Below, piece by piece: positions 20,092 to 28,733 of a stretch of DNA of 64,000 nucleotides; positions within the stretch are counted from its first letter, which is position 1; every line of letters begins with the position of its first letter. The notes under the pieces are model-generated. The model searched no databases. It saw only the letters and a program-made list of their open reading frames with translations, and was not told the origin of the DNA. A program made the position numbers and the translations under genes. The DNA lies in NCBI GenBank assembly GCA_902547695.1, contig CACCOR010000005.1, positions 17,431-81,430 on the forward strand, in the 5' to 3' direction. The DNA comes from an uncultured SAR86 cluster bacterium. Lineage in GTDB: Bacteria > Pseudomonadota > Gammaproteobacteria > Magnimaribacterales > D2472.

Positions 20092-20745
20092 ATGGCTAGT
20101 AAACTTAAAATTACAAAAAATCTGCCTTCTTACCTTGAGAAATCATCAAAAGGGGGTCTTCTTATAGGATTTATATATGTAATTGCGTTTATGAGCATTT
20201 TATTTTTAGCTATATGGCAAACTTTTGAATCTGAAAATAATAAATCATCAATGAAATTAGTTGATGAGAGACTTTCACTTATTGAAGAACAAATTAATAT
20301 TGTTGATGAAACTAACAATGATTCTATGACTGATATAACCTCATCAATACAATTTCTTGATAAAGAAATAAGAAAATTGTGGGATTTAAGTAACAAAAGA
20401 AACAAAGTAGATATTCAAAAACTTACCGAACAAACCAATGAAATAGAAAACTTGTTGTTAACTATCAGAAATGATATCGAAATAAATCAAAAGAATCTTT
20501 TATCAACACAAGATAGTGTTAGTAAAAATATAAAAAAAATAGATGATCTTGGCCTGTCTTCGGAGGACTTAATTTCCTTAAAATTAAGTTTGAATAATAT
20601 TGATACTCAATTGATATTGCTTGATGATTCTGTTCAGGCACTCAATAACTACAGAAATCAACTAAATCAGGTGATATTAGAGATACAAACACAGATATCG
20701 AGTGTTCAAAATTCTCTAAACAGCGATAAAGTTGTTCAAAATTAA
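20092..20745 (+). CDS. Membrane-anchored coiled-coil hypothetical protein
   Basis: One TM helix followed by a heptad-rich region containing EIRKLWD. Confidence 0.6.
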   Translation: MASKLKITKNLPSYLEKSSKGGLLIGFIYVIAFMSILFLAIWQTFESENNKSSMKLVDERLSLIEEQINIVDETNNDSMTDITSSIQFLDKEIRKLWDLSNKRNKVDIQKLTEQTNEIENLLLTIRNDIEINQKNLLSTQDSVSKNIKKIDDLGLSSEDLISLKLSLNNIDTQLILLDDSVQALNNYRNQLNQVILEIQTQISSVQNSLNSDKVVQN

Positions 20746-20766
20746 CAATTTATTTAATATATAAGT

Positions 20767-20979
20767 GTGAATAGGTTTGTTTTACAGGTTTTTTTGTTCC
20801 TTGCATTTATTCCTTTAGCTATTTTAGTTGGTTATGGAATTCTTGTGATTGCGCCAATTTTTTGCTGTTTTCTTGCAATTAATTCCTATAAATTTAACAA
20901 TTATAAAGAAATGTACATATGGATGGCATTTGGAGGTCTTTCTTTCATGCTTGCTTTGTATATGTTGGGAGTTTTATGA
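20767..20979 (+). CDS. Small hydrophobic membrane protein
   Basis: 70 aa, GTG start, almost entirely hydrophobic; ATGA overlap with the next gene. Confidence 0.6.
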   Translation: MNRFVLQVFLFLAFIPLAILVGYGILVIAPIFCCFLAINSYKFNNYKEMYIWMAFGGLSFMLALYMLGVL

Positions 20980-21374
20980 GCGTTATAATTAAAGGATATT
21001 TACTTATAATTGGTGTTACTTCAATAGTAATGGGTTTATGGGCAATGTTTGGGCCAGAATTTGTGTCTTGGTATCCTGCCTTTGATGGTGTAGAAAGATA
21101 TACTCCTTTGGCAAATTTTATCAGAACAATGTCTGGAGTTTTTGTTGCATCTGGCTATATTCTTGTCCGGTTTATTTTTTCCTCATCAAAAGTTCAACTT
21201 GGCACAGTTTTAATATACATGTGTGCATTCATGCTTCTAGGTAAAGCTTGTGGATTATATTACGAGGGATATCATTTTCATGATGTCATTGCATCAATTT
21301 TAGGTGTACTTACTCTTATCGGTCTGACAATAGTTCACAGACAAAGAAAAAATTTACTTAATTACGATCTTTAA
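20976..21374 (+). CDS. Four-TM membrane protein, DUF4345-like
   Basis: Start moved to MSVIIKG (ATGA coupling). IRTMSG and LGK...EG patterns. Confidence 0.55.
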   Translation: MSVIIKGYLLIIGVTSIVMGLWAMFGPEFVSWYPAFDGVERYTPLANFIRTMSGVFVASGYILVRFIFSSSKVQLGTVLIYMCAFMLLGKACGLYYEGYHFHDVIASILGVLTLIGLTIVHRQRKNLLNYDL

Positions 21375-21419
21375 AAATTTTCCACTTAGACAATATAACT
21401 ATATATAATGCATATGCCT

Positions 21420-21504
21420 GGGGATGTGGTGGAACTGGTAGACACGCTTGGCTTAGAACCAAGTGCCGCAAGGCGTGGGGGTTCGACTCCCTCCATCCCT
21501 ACCA
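21420..21504 (+). tRNA. tRNA-Leu(TAG)
   Basis: Acceptor GGGGATG/CATCCCT, anticodon arm CTTGG-CTTAGAA-CCAAG, long variable arm, GTTCGA, encoded CCA. Confidence 0.96.
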
Positions 21505-21580
21505 ATTTTATATAAAAAATAGATACTTTTTTTATTAAAATACTAGTTAAATTGTTTTTTACATATATACTCGAAAGAGC

Positions 21581-21673
21581 ATGTTAAATGTTAACTTACA
21601 TAAAAGTCGGGGAGTATCAGCATAGCTGGGACCGCTTTTATTATTTAACCCAGCTATTGCTGGGTTTTTTTTT
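21581..21673 (+). promoter_or_regulatory. Candidate transcription attenuator with a 14-aa leader ORF (21581-21625)
   Basis: Leader MLNVNLHKSRGVSA*; hairpin 21601-21640; alternative 13-bp pairing of 21618-21630 with 21649-21662; downstream intrinsic terminator. Confidence 0.65.
21647..21673 (+). terminator. Intrinsic terminator just upstream of the TonB receptor start codon
   Basis: AACCCAGC-TATT-GCTGGGTT continuing into a T9 run (21665-21673). Confidence 0.85.
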
Positions 21674-21688
21674 GAGAGGATATGAATT

Positions 21689-24052
21689 ATGAAAAACTTT
21701 AAAACAATTTTGTGCACACTAGTTTTGGCACCATTTATTTTGATTTCACAAGAAGTTGAAGAAGTCATAGTAACAGCCAACAAAAAGGCTGAGACTGTGC
21801 AAGAAATACCTATGAATATATCTGTAATAACAGAATTAGCAATCGAGGAACGAGGTATAACTAACCCTGAAGACTACTTGAGATCTATTGCTGGTGTCTC
21901 AACACCTGGTGGCTCAAATTATTATACTTTCAGGGGTTTAAATACATCTACCTCTCAAAGATCTTCAGGAACGTCGTCTACATATATCGATGAAATTAAT
22001 GGATCTTTAATGGGCTTATTTGATGTTGAGAGAATAGAGGTTCTTAGAGGACCTCAAGGAACGCTTTATGGATCAAATGCAATCGGGGGAACAATAAGAT
22101 ATATAACTAATAAACCTGATTCAAGCTCAGCCTATGGAAAGATTAGAGTAGGTTATGGTGATAAAGTAAAAGCAGGAGATCCTGAAACAAGTATTGAAAT
22201 GATGTACAACATGCCTTTAAGTGAAAGTCTTGCTGTAAGAGCAGTATATTCTCAACTTGTATCACCTGGTATCTATAAAAATATACAAACTGGTAAAACA
22301 GTTGGTGAAGAAGATGATTCACAATTAATGATCACGCTTGGCTTCAATAATGGAGGCAAACTTACAGGAAGTTTGAGGTATATTAATTTCAACAACAAAG
22401 CATTTGGTATTTTAGAACCTGGTCAAAGTAAGCCTGGAAGTGCTGATGTTTATGTTGAGGGATGCCCTAAGGCAACTAGCTGGTTTTATAATTTTGATGG
22501 TGATCCAACATGCTCGCGTTTAGATGCAATATCTTCGTTTGCAGCCTCTGAGGGGGTAAGTGGAGTTCTCTCAAATTATGATCCTAAGTTTTCTCATGCC
22601 CTAGCTGCAGATGAATCTGAAGATATAACTAGAGAAACTTTAGTTGCGAACATTAAATATGATTTTGGCCTCTTTGATGCGAACTTAATCATTTCTGACA
22701 GAACGGTAACTGATGATTCAGTTACAGACTGGGCTAGAATTGATATGGATGATTATGTGCCAGCACCATTAATTGTTGATGGTGATGAGTATTATGAGGA
22801 GACAACAGAACTTAGATTAATTTCAAAGCCAGGAAAATTTGAATGGACTATTGGTTATTATAATTACAAGTTTAATGAGGAGCCTAATTCTATATCTCAA
22901 ACACAATACGCAATGGATCAGGATTGGTTAGAATATGTAATGCTTTATGCAGCTGGTTTGGGTCCTGATGACTATGATGCAACTGCTTATTGTCCTCCTT
23001 TTTGTGAAGGGCATCTTGGTTATCCATATTTCTACTATGGATCCTATACTGAATATAATGAACAAGAAGAGACATCAATGTATGGTCAATTCGATTACAA
23101 CGTTAACGATAAACTGACTTTAACGTTAGGAATTAGAGATTATGAAATTGAAGATGCTTCTAAGTCTTACCAGTATGGAATATTTTTTATGGGTAGTACT
23201 GGGTGCGATGGTAACGATCCATCAGGTACTGATTGTTCGGAATTATCAGGCTCGGAGTCTGATACTAGGATGAAATATGCAGCAAGCTATAGGGTCAATG
23301 AAGATCTAACATTGTATGCAACACAAGCAGCTGGTTACAGACCTGGTGGAAATCAGGCACCACTTCCTCCTTTCTGTAGCAGTGATGAAGCAGCTCAAGC
23401 AAACTTTTCAAGAAGATTTAATTCTGATGAAGCTGAAACTACAGAATTTGGTGTGAAAGCTAGAGGAGATAATTATACTGCTAATGTGACATATTTCGAT
23501 GTTGACTGGGATGGAATTATTATCCAAGTTACTCCTGGTTGTGGCTGGAGATATAATTTTAATGGCGGTAAAGCTGAAACTTCTGGTTGGGAATTTGACT
23601 TTACATATGCGGTTAATGATTCTGTTTCACTAGATTTTGCTGGAAGCACAATGACTGCAGAGACATCAATTGATATTGCCTCACTCGGAGCATCAGCAGG
23701 TGACAGACTTCCAAATACAGTTGAAAAACAATGGAATCTTGGATTGGTGTATGACACTTCAATAATGTCATATCCTACTTATGCAAGACTTGATGTAAAT
23801 TATTATGGAGATAGTTTTAATACTTTTGCTGAGAATCCAAATTCGAGCTCTCCAGATTATACAAAGTTAAACTTTAATCTTGGATTAGATTTGAATGAAA
23901 ATTCTAAATTACAACTATCTGTAGATAATCTTACAGACGAAAGAACTGAAGCATATGTTTATGCAGTTAATGACACATCTTGGAGACCAAGAAACTGGAT
24001 GCAGTGGATACCTCCAAGAACTGTTAGCCTAAAATATTCTTTTAGTTTCTAA
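21689..24052 (+). CDS. TonB-dependent receptor
   Basis: Signal peptide, TonB box EEVIVTA, plug motif RIEVLRGPQGTLYG, C-terminal PRT...YSFSF. Confidence 0.95.
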   Translation: MKNFKTILCTLVLAPFILISQEVEEVIVTANKKAETVQEIPMNISVITELAIEERGITNPEDYLRSIAGVSTPGGSNYYTFRGLNTSTSQRSSGTSSTYIDEINGSLMGLFDVERIEVLRGPQGTLYGSNAIGGTIRYITNKPDSSSAYGKIRVGYGDKVKAGDPETSIEMMYNMPLSESLAVRAVYSQLVSPGIYKNIQTGKTVGEEDDSQLMITLGFNNGGKLTGSLRYINFNNKAFGILEPGQSKPGSADVYVEGCPKATSWFYNFDGDPTCSRLDAISSFAASEGVSGVLSNYDPKFSHALAADESEDITRETLVANIKYDFGLFDANLIISDRTVTDDSVTDWARIDMDDYVPAPLIVDGDEYYEETTELRLISKPGKFEWTIGYYNYKFNEEPNSISQTQYAMDQDWLEYVMLYAAGLGPDDYDATAYCPPFCEGHLGYPYFYYGSYTEYNEQEETSMYGQFDYNVNDKLTLTLGIRDYEIEDASKSYQYGIFFMGSTGCDGNDPSGTDCSELSGSESDTRMKYAASYRVNEDLTLYATQAAGYRPGGNQAPLPPFCSSDEAAQANFSRRFNSDEAETTEFGVKARGDNYTANVTYFDVDWDGIIIQVTPGCGWRYNFNGGKAETSGWEFDFTYAVNDSVSLDFAGSTMTAETSIDIASLGASAGDRLPNTVEKQWNLGLVYDTSIMSYPTYARLDVNYYGDSFNTFAENPNSSSPDYTKLNFNLGLDLNENSKLQLSVDNLTDERTEAYVYAVNDTSWRPRNWMQWIPPRTVSLKYSFSF

Positions 24053-24060
24053 ATTTTTAA

Positions 24061-24089
24061 TGGATGAAGAGATAATATCTCTTCATCCA
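24061..24089 (+). terminator. Strong stem-loop after the TonB receptor (terminator or mRNA-stabilising hairpin)
   Basis: TGGATGAAGAGAT-AAT-ATCTCTTCATCCA, a perfect 13-bp stem with a weak U tract. Confidence 0.7.
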
Positions 24090-24148
24090 ACTTTAATTAG
24101 CTATAAAAATACTAATCTAGTATAGTTTTTAAAATTAGGTAAAACTAT

Positions 24149-25129
24149 ATGAGAATTATTTTTATATATTTTCTTACACTTTCCATCATTGTTTGTTCTG
24201 ATAATGAAGATATTGTCGAAACAAATATAGTTAATCTAAAAGAGTACTCTGTCGACAAAAGCTCATATTGCAAAGATAGAGCTGAACCAAAAAATTTAAT
24301 ATGGTCCCAGAATTTTGATGAAAATTATCTATCTCCAAATGTTTGGAATTATTCAACATCAAATGGTTTTTACGATGGAAAAGAATTTATTAGTGGTTGG
24401 GGCAATGGAGAACTTCAGTATTATACAAAGCCAAGAAATTCAGAAGGTAATACCAATACGTCTAAAAATCTTTTTATTGAAAATGGGTATTTAAAAATAC
24501 AACCTATATATAGAAAAGATAAATCAAGAATTAGCAGCGGTGAAGCTGCATATAACTTTACCTCAGCAAGAATTAATACCAAAAATCTTAAATCTTTTTC
24601 CTATCCATCAAAAATTTCAATATGCTTCAAGGTTCCAAAAGGAATTGGATTTTGGCCTGCATTTTGGTTGATGCCAAGTGAAGATATTAGATGGCCAGTT
24701 GGAGGAGAAATTGATATTTTAGAAAATAGAGGCAGAATATCTAATATTTCAAGCTCTGCTCTTCATTTTGGCAAACAATGGAACAAAAAATCTACACTTG
24801 TGGGTGAAGCTTTAATTCCAAGGCAGGTTCGCTTCCAGGACAAATTTCATTCTATATCTTTGGTATGGAAGGAAAATTACATTGCTTTTTATCTTGATAA
24901 TTCTCCAGATCCATATTTCACTATAAATTCTGATCATCCAGAATTTCAAAAATATAAGTACCCATTCAATAGAGATTACTACATGATTTTAAATGTAGCG
25001 GTTGGAGGTAAATATGATGATTATTGGGTTGATTTTGATGCATTTTGCAGTGATCGAGCCTGCTCAAATAAAGAAAATCCTGATAGTCATAGATTTATAA
25101 TTGATTGGATTGAATATGAGAGACTTTAA
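24149..25129 (+). CDS. Glycoside hydrolase family 16, laminarinase-like beta-1,3-glucanase
   Basis: GWGNGELQYY, WPAFW, catalytic GEIDILE, LNVAVGG. Confidence 0.9.
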   Translation: MRIIFIYFLTLSIIVCSDNEDIVETNIVNLKEYSVDKSSYCKDRAEPKNLIWSQNFDENYLSPNVWNYSTSNGFYDGKEFISGWGNGELQYYTKPRNSEGNTNTSKNLFIENGYLKIQPIYRKDKSRISSGEAAYNFTSARINTKNLKSFSYPSKISICFKVPKGIGFWPAFWLMPSEDIRWPVGGEIDILENRGRISNISSSALHFGKQWNKKSTLVGEALIPRQVRFQDKFHSISLVWKENYIAFYLDNSPDPYFTINSDHPEFQKYKYPFNRDYYMILNVAVGGKYDDYWVDFDAFCSDRACSNKENPDSHRFIIDWIEYERL

Positions 25130-25152
25130 AAATTATCAATTATAATTAGTGT

Positions 25153-26511
25153 ATGTCTAGGGGATTTATATTATCAGATGAAATTATTGATCATGAGATC
25201 AATTCTCCTGCTTTTGAAGAAAAGCATAACTTTGATGCATCAGGTAAATTAAATGATTTAGAACTCTTCACTAAAGGGCAACCCTTCAGTCTTTATAAAG
25301 AGCTTAGAGAAAATGCACCAATATATTTTCATGATCCTATGCCTATGGATCCTGAGCCGGGTTATTGGGTATTAACTAAATATGAAGATATAAAGTACGT
25401 ATCAATGAATCCAAAAATTTTTTCGTCGCAATATGCTACTGGCAATATGCTAACACTAGGATCAGAAGAAAATAGACATCCTAAATTATTTAAATCAACT
25501 ATAGACCATATGTTAAATTTAGATGGAGAGATGCATCTTAATCTCAGAAAAGAACATATGCCATTTTTTAAACCTGGGTACGTAGATGAATTAAAACAAA
25601 AAGTTTCTTTGAAAGTTACTGAGTTATTGGATCAAATTGCTCCAATGGGTGAGTGCAATCTTGTTAAAGAAGTATCTCAACAATTACCTATTTATACTCT
25701 CTCAGAAATACTTGGAATTCCGGATGAAGACAGACAAAAATTAGTCTCTTGGATGGAATTTCTTGAATTAGCCCAATACTTTACTTATGAAATGATAAAA
25801 GAGCAAAATGAGGGCAAGACAGATTCAACCCCAGATCCAGCGATGATAGATATGTTTAATGCAATGGTTGATGAAATGTTTGATTACGGAAGGTTCATTC
25901 TTAAAAACAAAAGAAAGAATCCCTCAAATGATCTTTTGAGTGCTATTGCTAACGCAAAAATAGAAGGTGAAGAGCTTTCTGATGAATTTCTAGATGGATC
26001 TTGGCTGTTAATAATTTTTGCAGGTAACGACACTACAAGAAATACAATGAGCGGCGGCATTAAACTTCTTCATGAGAATCAGCATCAAAAAGAGTTATTA
26101 ATTAATAATTATGACTTACTTTCAGGTTTTATAAATGAGACTGTAAGATGTGTTTCACCAGTAATTCATATGAGAAGAACATCTCTTATTGAAACAGAAA
26201 TAGGTGGTCAAAAGATTGGTCCTCATGAAAAGATAGCATTATGGTATGGAGCCGCAAATAGAGATCCAGAAATTTTTGATAAACCAGATGAATTTAATAT
26301 TCAAAGAGAAAATGCAGAAAAACATCTTGCTTTTGGTATAGGCAGGCATACATGCCTTGGTAAACCAATTGCTTTGATGCAATTGAATGAATTTTATTCA
26401 CAATTTCTTAAGAGATTTCCAGATTTTGAAATGAATGGTGAATGGAAGGTGGCTCCAAATAATTTTGTTCACGCTATCCAAGAAATGCCAATTAAATTCA
26501 CCAAAGAATGA
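25153..26511 (+). CDS. Cytochrome P450
   Basis: I-helix AGNDTTRN, ETVR (ExxR), heme ligand FGIGRHTCLG. Confidence 0.95.
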   Translation: MSRGFILSDEIIDHEINSPAFEEKHNFDASGKLNDLELFTKGQPFSLYKELRENAPIYFHDPMPMDPEPGYWVLTKYEDIKYVSMNPKIFSSQYATGNMLTLGSEENRHPKLFKSTIDHMLNLDGEMHLNLRKEHMPFFKPGYVDELKQKVSLKVTELLDQIAPMGECNLVKEVSQQLPIYTLSEILGIPDEDRQKLVSWMEFLELAQYFTYEMIKEQNEGKTDSTPDPAMIDMFNAMVDEMFDYGRFILKNKRKNPSNDLLSAIANAKIEGEELSDEFLDGSWLLIIFAGNDTTRNTMSGGIKLLHENQHQKELLINNYDLLSGFINETVRCVSPVIHMRRTSLIETEIGGQKIGPHEKIALWYGAANRDPEIFDKPDEFNIQRENAEKHLAFGIGRHTCLGKPIALMQLNEFYSQFLKRFPDFEMNGEWKVAPNNFVHAIQEMPIKFTKE

Positions 26512-27782
26512 TAATACCTTATAGGTTTAAAGTAGTTTTTTTATCATTCTTAGCAGTTTTTATTTGTTATATAGATAGAGTTAATATTTCTGTTGCAATC
26601 ATTCCTATGCAAGAGCAGTTTGGATGGTCTGAATCGCAGGTTGGTATTATTTTGGGATCATTTTATTTTGGATATATGATTACAATGATTCTTGGCGGAT
26701 ATTTAGCTGATAAATATGGCGGTAAAAAGGTTCTTGGATATGCTCTACTAATTTGGTCATTATTTACAATCATTACTCCTTTTTTTGCATACCAAGGATT
26801 GTGGTGGTTAATATTAATTAGAATTCTAATGGGTCTTGGAGAAGGGGTTACTTTTCCTTCATGGCATGCGATATATGCTAGATGGATACCATTTCAAGAA
26901 AGAACAAGAGCTATAGGTTTTACTAATAGTGGTATAGCTGCCGGTACACTATTTGGATTTGCAGTTGCAGCATTGATAATTGCAAATTACTCATGGGAAT
27001 GGGTATTTTATTCATTTGGATTACTAGGATTTTTTTGGTATTTTTTCTGGAATAGAATAGTTACATCTTTTCCAGAGGATAATAAGCTTCTTTCAGATGA
27101 GGAATTACATTATATAAAGACTGAAGCACCGTCTAAAGAATCTGCTCCAACAATTCCGCTTTTAAAACTTATAAGAAATGCTCCCTTTATGGCAATAGCC
27201 GTTGCAACATTTTGTAATAATTGGTCTTTATATACATTTCTTTCTTACTTACCAAAATATGTTAACGCTCCTGTTGCCCAAGGTGGAATGGGGATAGACT
27301 TAGGATCAAATGTATTCATTTATTCAATACTTATACCAAGTCTTGTTGCAATTTTTTCTTTAATATTGGGAGGCTTTTTAGCTGATGGTTTAATTAAAAG
27401 GGGATATGGCTTACTAAACGTAAGAAGAAGTGTAAATTCAATAGGCTTTTTTGGTTCGGCATTATTGTTATATCTAATATCGCTGGAGGATTCTCTTATA
27501 AATGTTGTCATATTATTGAGCTTAATTAATGTATGTTCTGGCATATGTGCAGGTGGTTTTGGAGTTAATCATGCTGATTTAGGTCCTAAATATACTGGTT
27601 CATTGGTAGGAATTGCAGGAAGCATTGGAATGCTTGCAGCGATTATAAGTCCAATAGCTGCAGGATATATTCTTGAAATAACTAACTCTTGGAGTTCTAT
27701 ATTTTATGTCTGTACATTTGTACTTTTATTCGGTGGAACCTTTTATTTACTTTTTGCAAGTGTTGAAAAACAATTCGATTAA
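26508..27782 (+). CDS. MFS transporter, anion:cation symporter (ACS/SLC17) family
   Basis: YIDRVNISVA, GGYLADKYGGK, GLGEGVTFP, VNHADLGPKY. Confidence 0.9.
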   Translation: MIIPYRFKVVFLSFLAVFICYIDRVNISVAIIPMQEQFGWSESQVGIILGSFYFGYMITMILGGYLADKYGGKKVLGYALLIWSLFTIITPFFAYQGLWWLILIRILMGLGEGVTFPSWHAIYARWIPFQERTRAIGFTNSGIAAGTLFGFAVAALIIANYSWEWVFYSFGLLGFFWYFFWNRIVTSFPEDNKLLSDEELHYIKTEAPSKESAPTIPLLKLIRNAPFMAIAVATFCNNWSLYTFLSYLPKYVNAPVAQGGMGIDLGSNVFIYSILIPSLVAIFSLILGGFLADGLIKRGYGLLNVRRSVNSIGFFGSALLLYLISLEDSLINVVILLSLINVCSGICAGGFGVNHADLGPKYTGSLVGIAGSIGMLAAIISPIAAGYILEITNSWSSIFYVCTFVLLFGGTFYLLFASVEKQFD

Positions 27783-28282
27783 TTTGTGACCATATTTTGG
27801 AAAAAATCAAATATTTCCTGACTTGATCTATCTCTAGCAGTTCTCCATTCTGTAGTATTTGAGTTATTTATAACATTTTTGTTTTTATCAAAGACCAAAA
27901 CTCTCGGAATCCCCTCTGCAGAAGCAATTCCAAATTCCTCCATTAAATTCATATTTATTTCATATCTAAGAACGTCTATGTAAAGAACATTAAATTTTTC
28001 ATTAATATGTTTTTCAATTTTAGGAATATTCATTGTTCCAGAGAATATCCTACAATCCGGGCACCAATTAGCTCCAAAAATAAGTATTGGTTGTTTTCCG
28101 TCTTTAATTGATTTATCAATAAAGTTATCCAGGAATTCAACACTGTAAATTTCTCCATTGTAGGGCAACGGAAGTGGTGTGGTTAATTTGTCATTTTCAT
28201 CAAGCATAATATTTCCATTAATATTAATACAAATTAAAAAAAAGTATGAAATATTAATATATTTGATTACACTCTTTAACAT
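27779..28282 (-). CDS. Thioredoxin family protein
   Basis: FGANWCPDC and cis-Pro motif GIP; the start may lie further downstream. Confidence 0.82.
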   Translation of the reverse strand: MLKSVIKYINISYFFLICININGNIMLDENDKLTTPLPLPYNGEIYSVEFLDNFIDKSIKDGKQPILIFGANWCPDCRIFSGTMNIPKIEKHINEKFNVLYIDVLRYEINMNLMEEFGIASAEGIPRVLVFDKNKNVINNSNTTEWRTARDRSSQEIFDFFQNMVTN

Positions 28283-28319
28283 ATTATTAATTTTATTTTA
28301 AAAAGTTGGAGAAAAAAAG

Positions 28320-28733
28320 TTGATCTGGATTATTAGATTGTACTTGTTATTTATGGCATTTATATATGCCTTGATTGGAGTTTGGGCAATATTAGATCCT
28401 TTACTTGGTGCTCTTGAGCTCGGGTATCCAAGTTTTTTAAATGCTGTAGGCCTCTCAATAACAGATCCATTAGGATATTCTGAAATAGCTGGATTATATG
28501 GTGGTTTAAACTTATGTTTGGGCATTATGTGTCTAGTGGGTATTTTTAAAAGAAACATTGGCATTTTCTCAATTAAATTTATAACCTTTCTAGTTGGATC
28601 AATTGCATTTGGTAGAGTTATCTTTTCTATGCTTCCAACAACCCCTGGCTTCTATAATCCTTACTTTGTTTTTGAAGTCATTGCTTTTTTTGTTGGAATA
28701 ACGCTGTTATATCTTCAAAAGAAATTAAATTAA
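28320..28733 (+). CDS. DUF4345-like membrane protein
   Basis: SEIAGLYGG and FGR motifs; four TM helices. Confidence 0.65.
   Translation: MIWIIRLYLLFMAFIYALIGVWAILDPLLGALELGYPSFLNAVGLSITDPLGYSEIAGLYGGLNLCLGIMCLVGIFKRNIGIFSIKFITFLVGSIAFGRVIFSMLPTTPGFYNPYFVFEVIAFFVGITLLYLQKKLN

Noticed and set aside
21601-21640. Known riboswitch (yybP-ykoY, cobalamin, TPP) or BglG-type RAT site
   Set aside because: Too short and lacks the other conserved elements of these families. Kept only as an unclassified attenuator candidate.
21559-21783. 74-aa minus-strand ORF over the receptor leader
   Set aside because: Antisense to the receptor N-terminus and regulatory leader; no recognisable motif.
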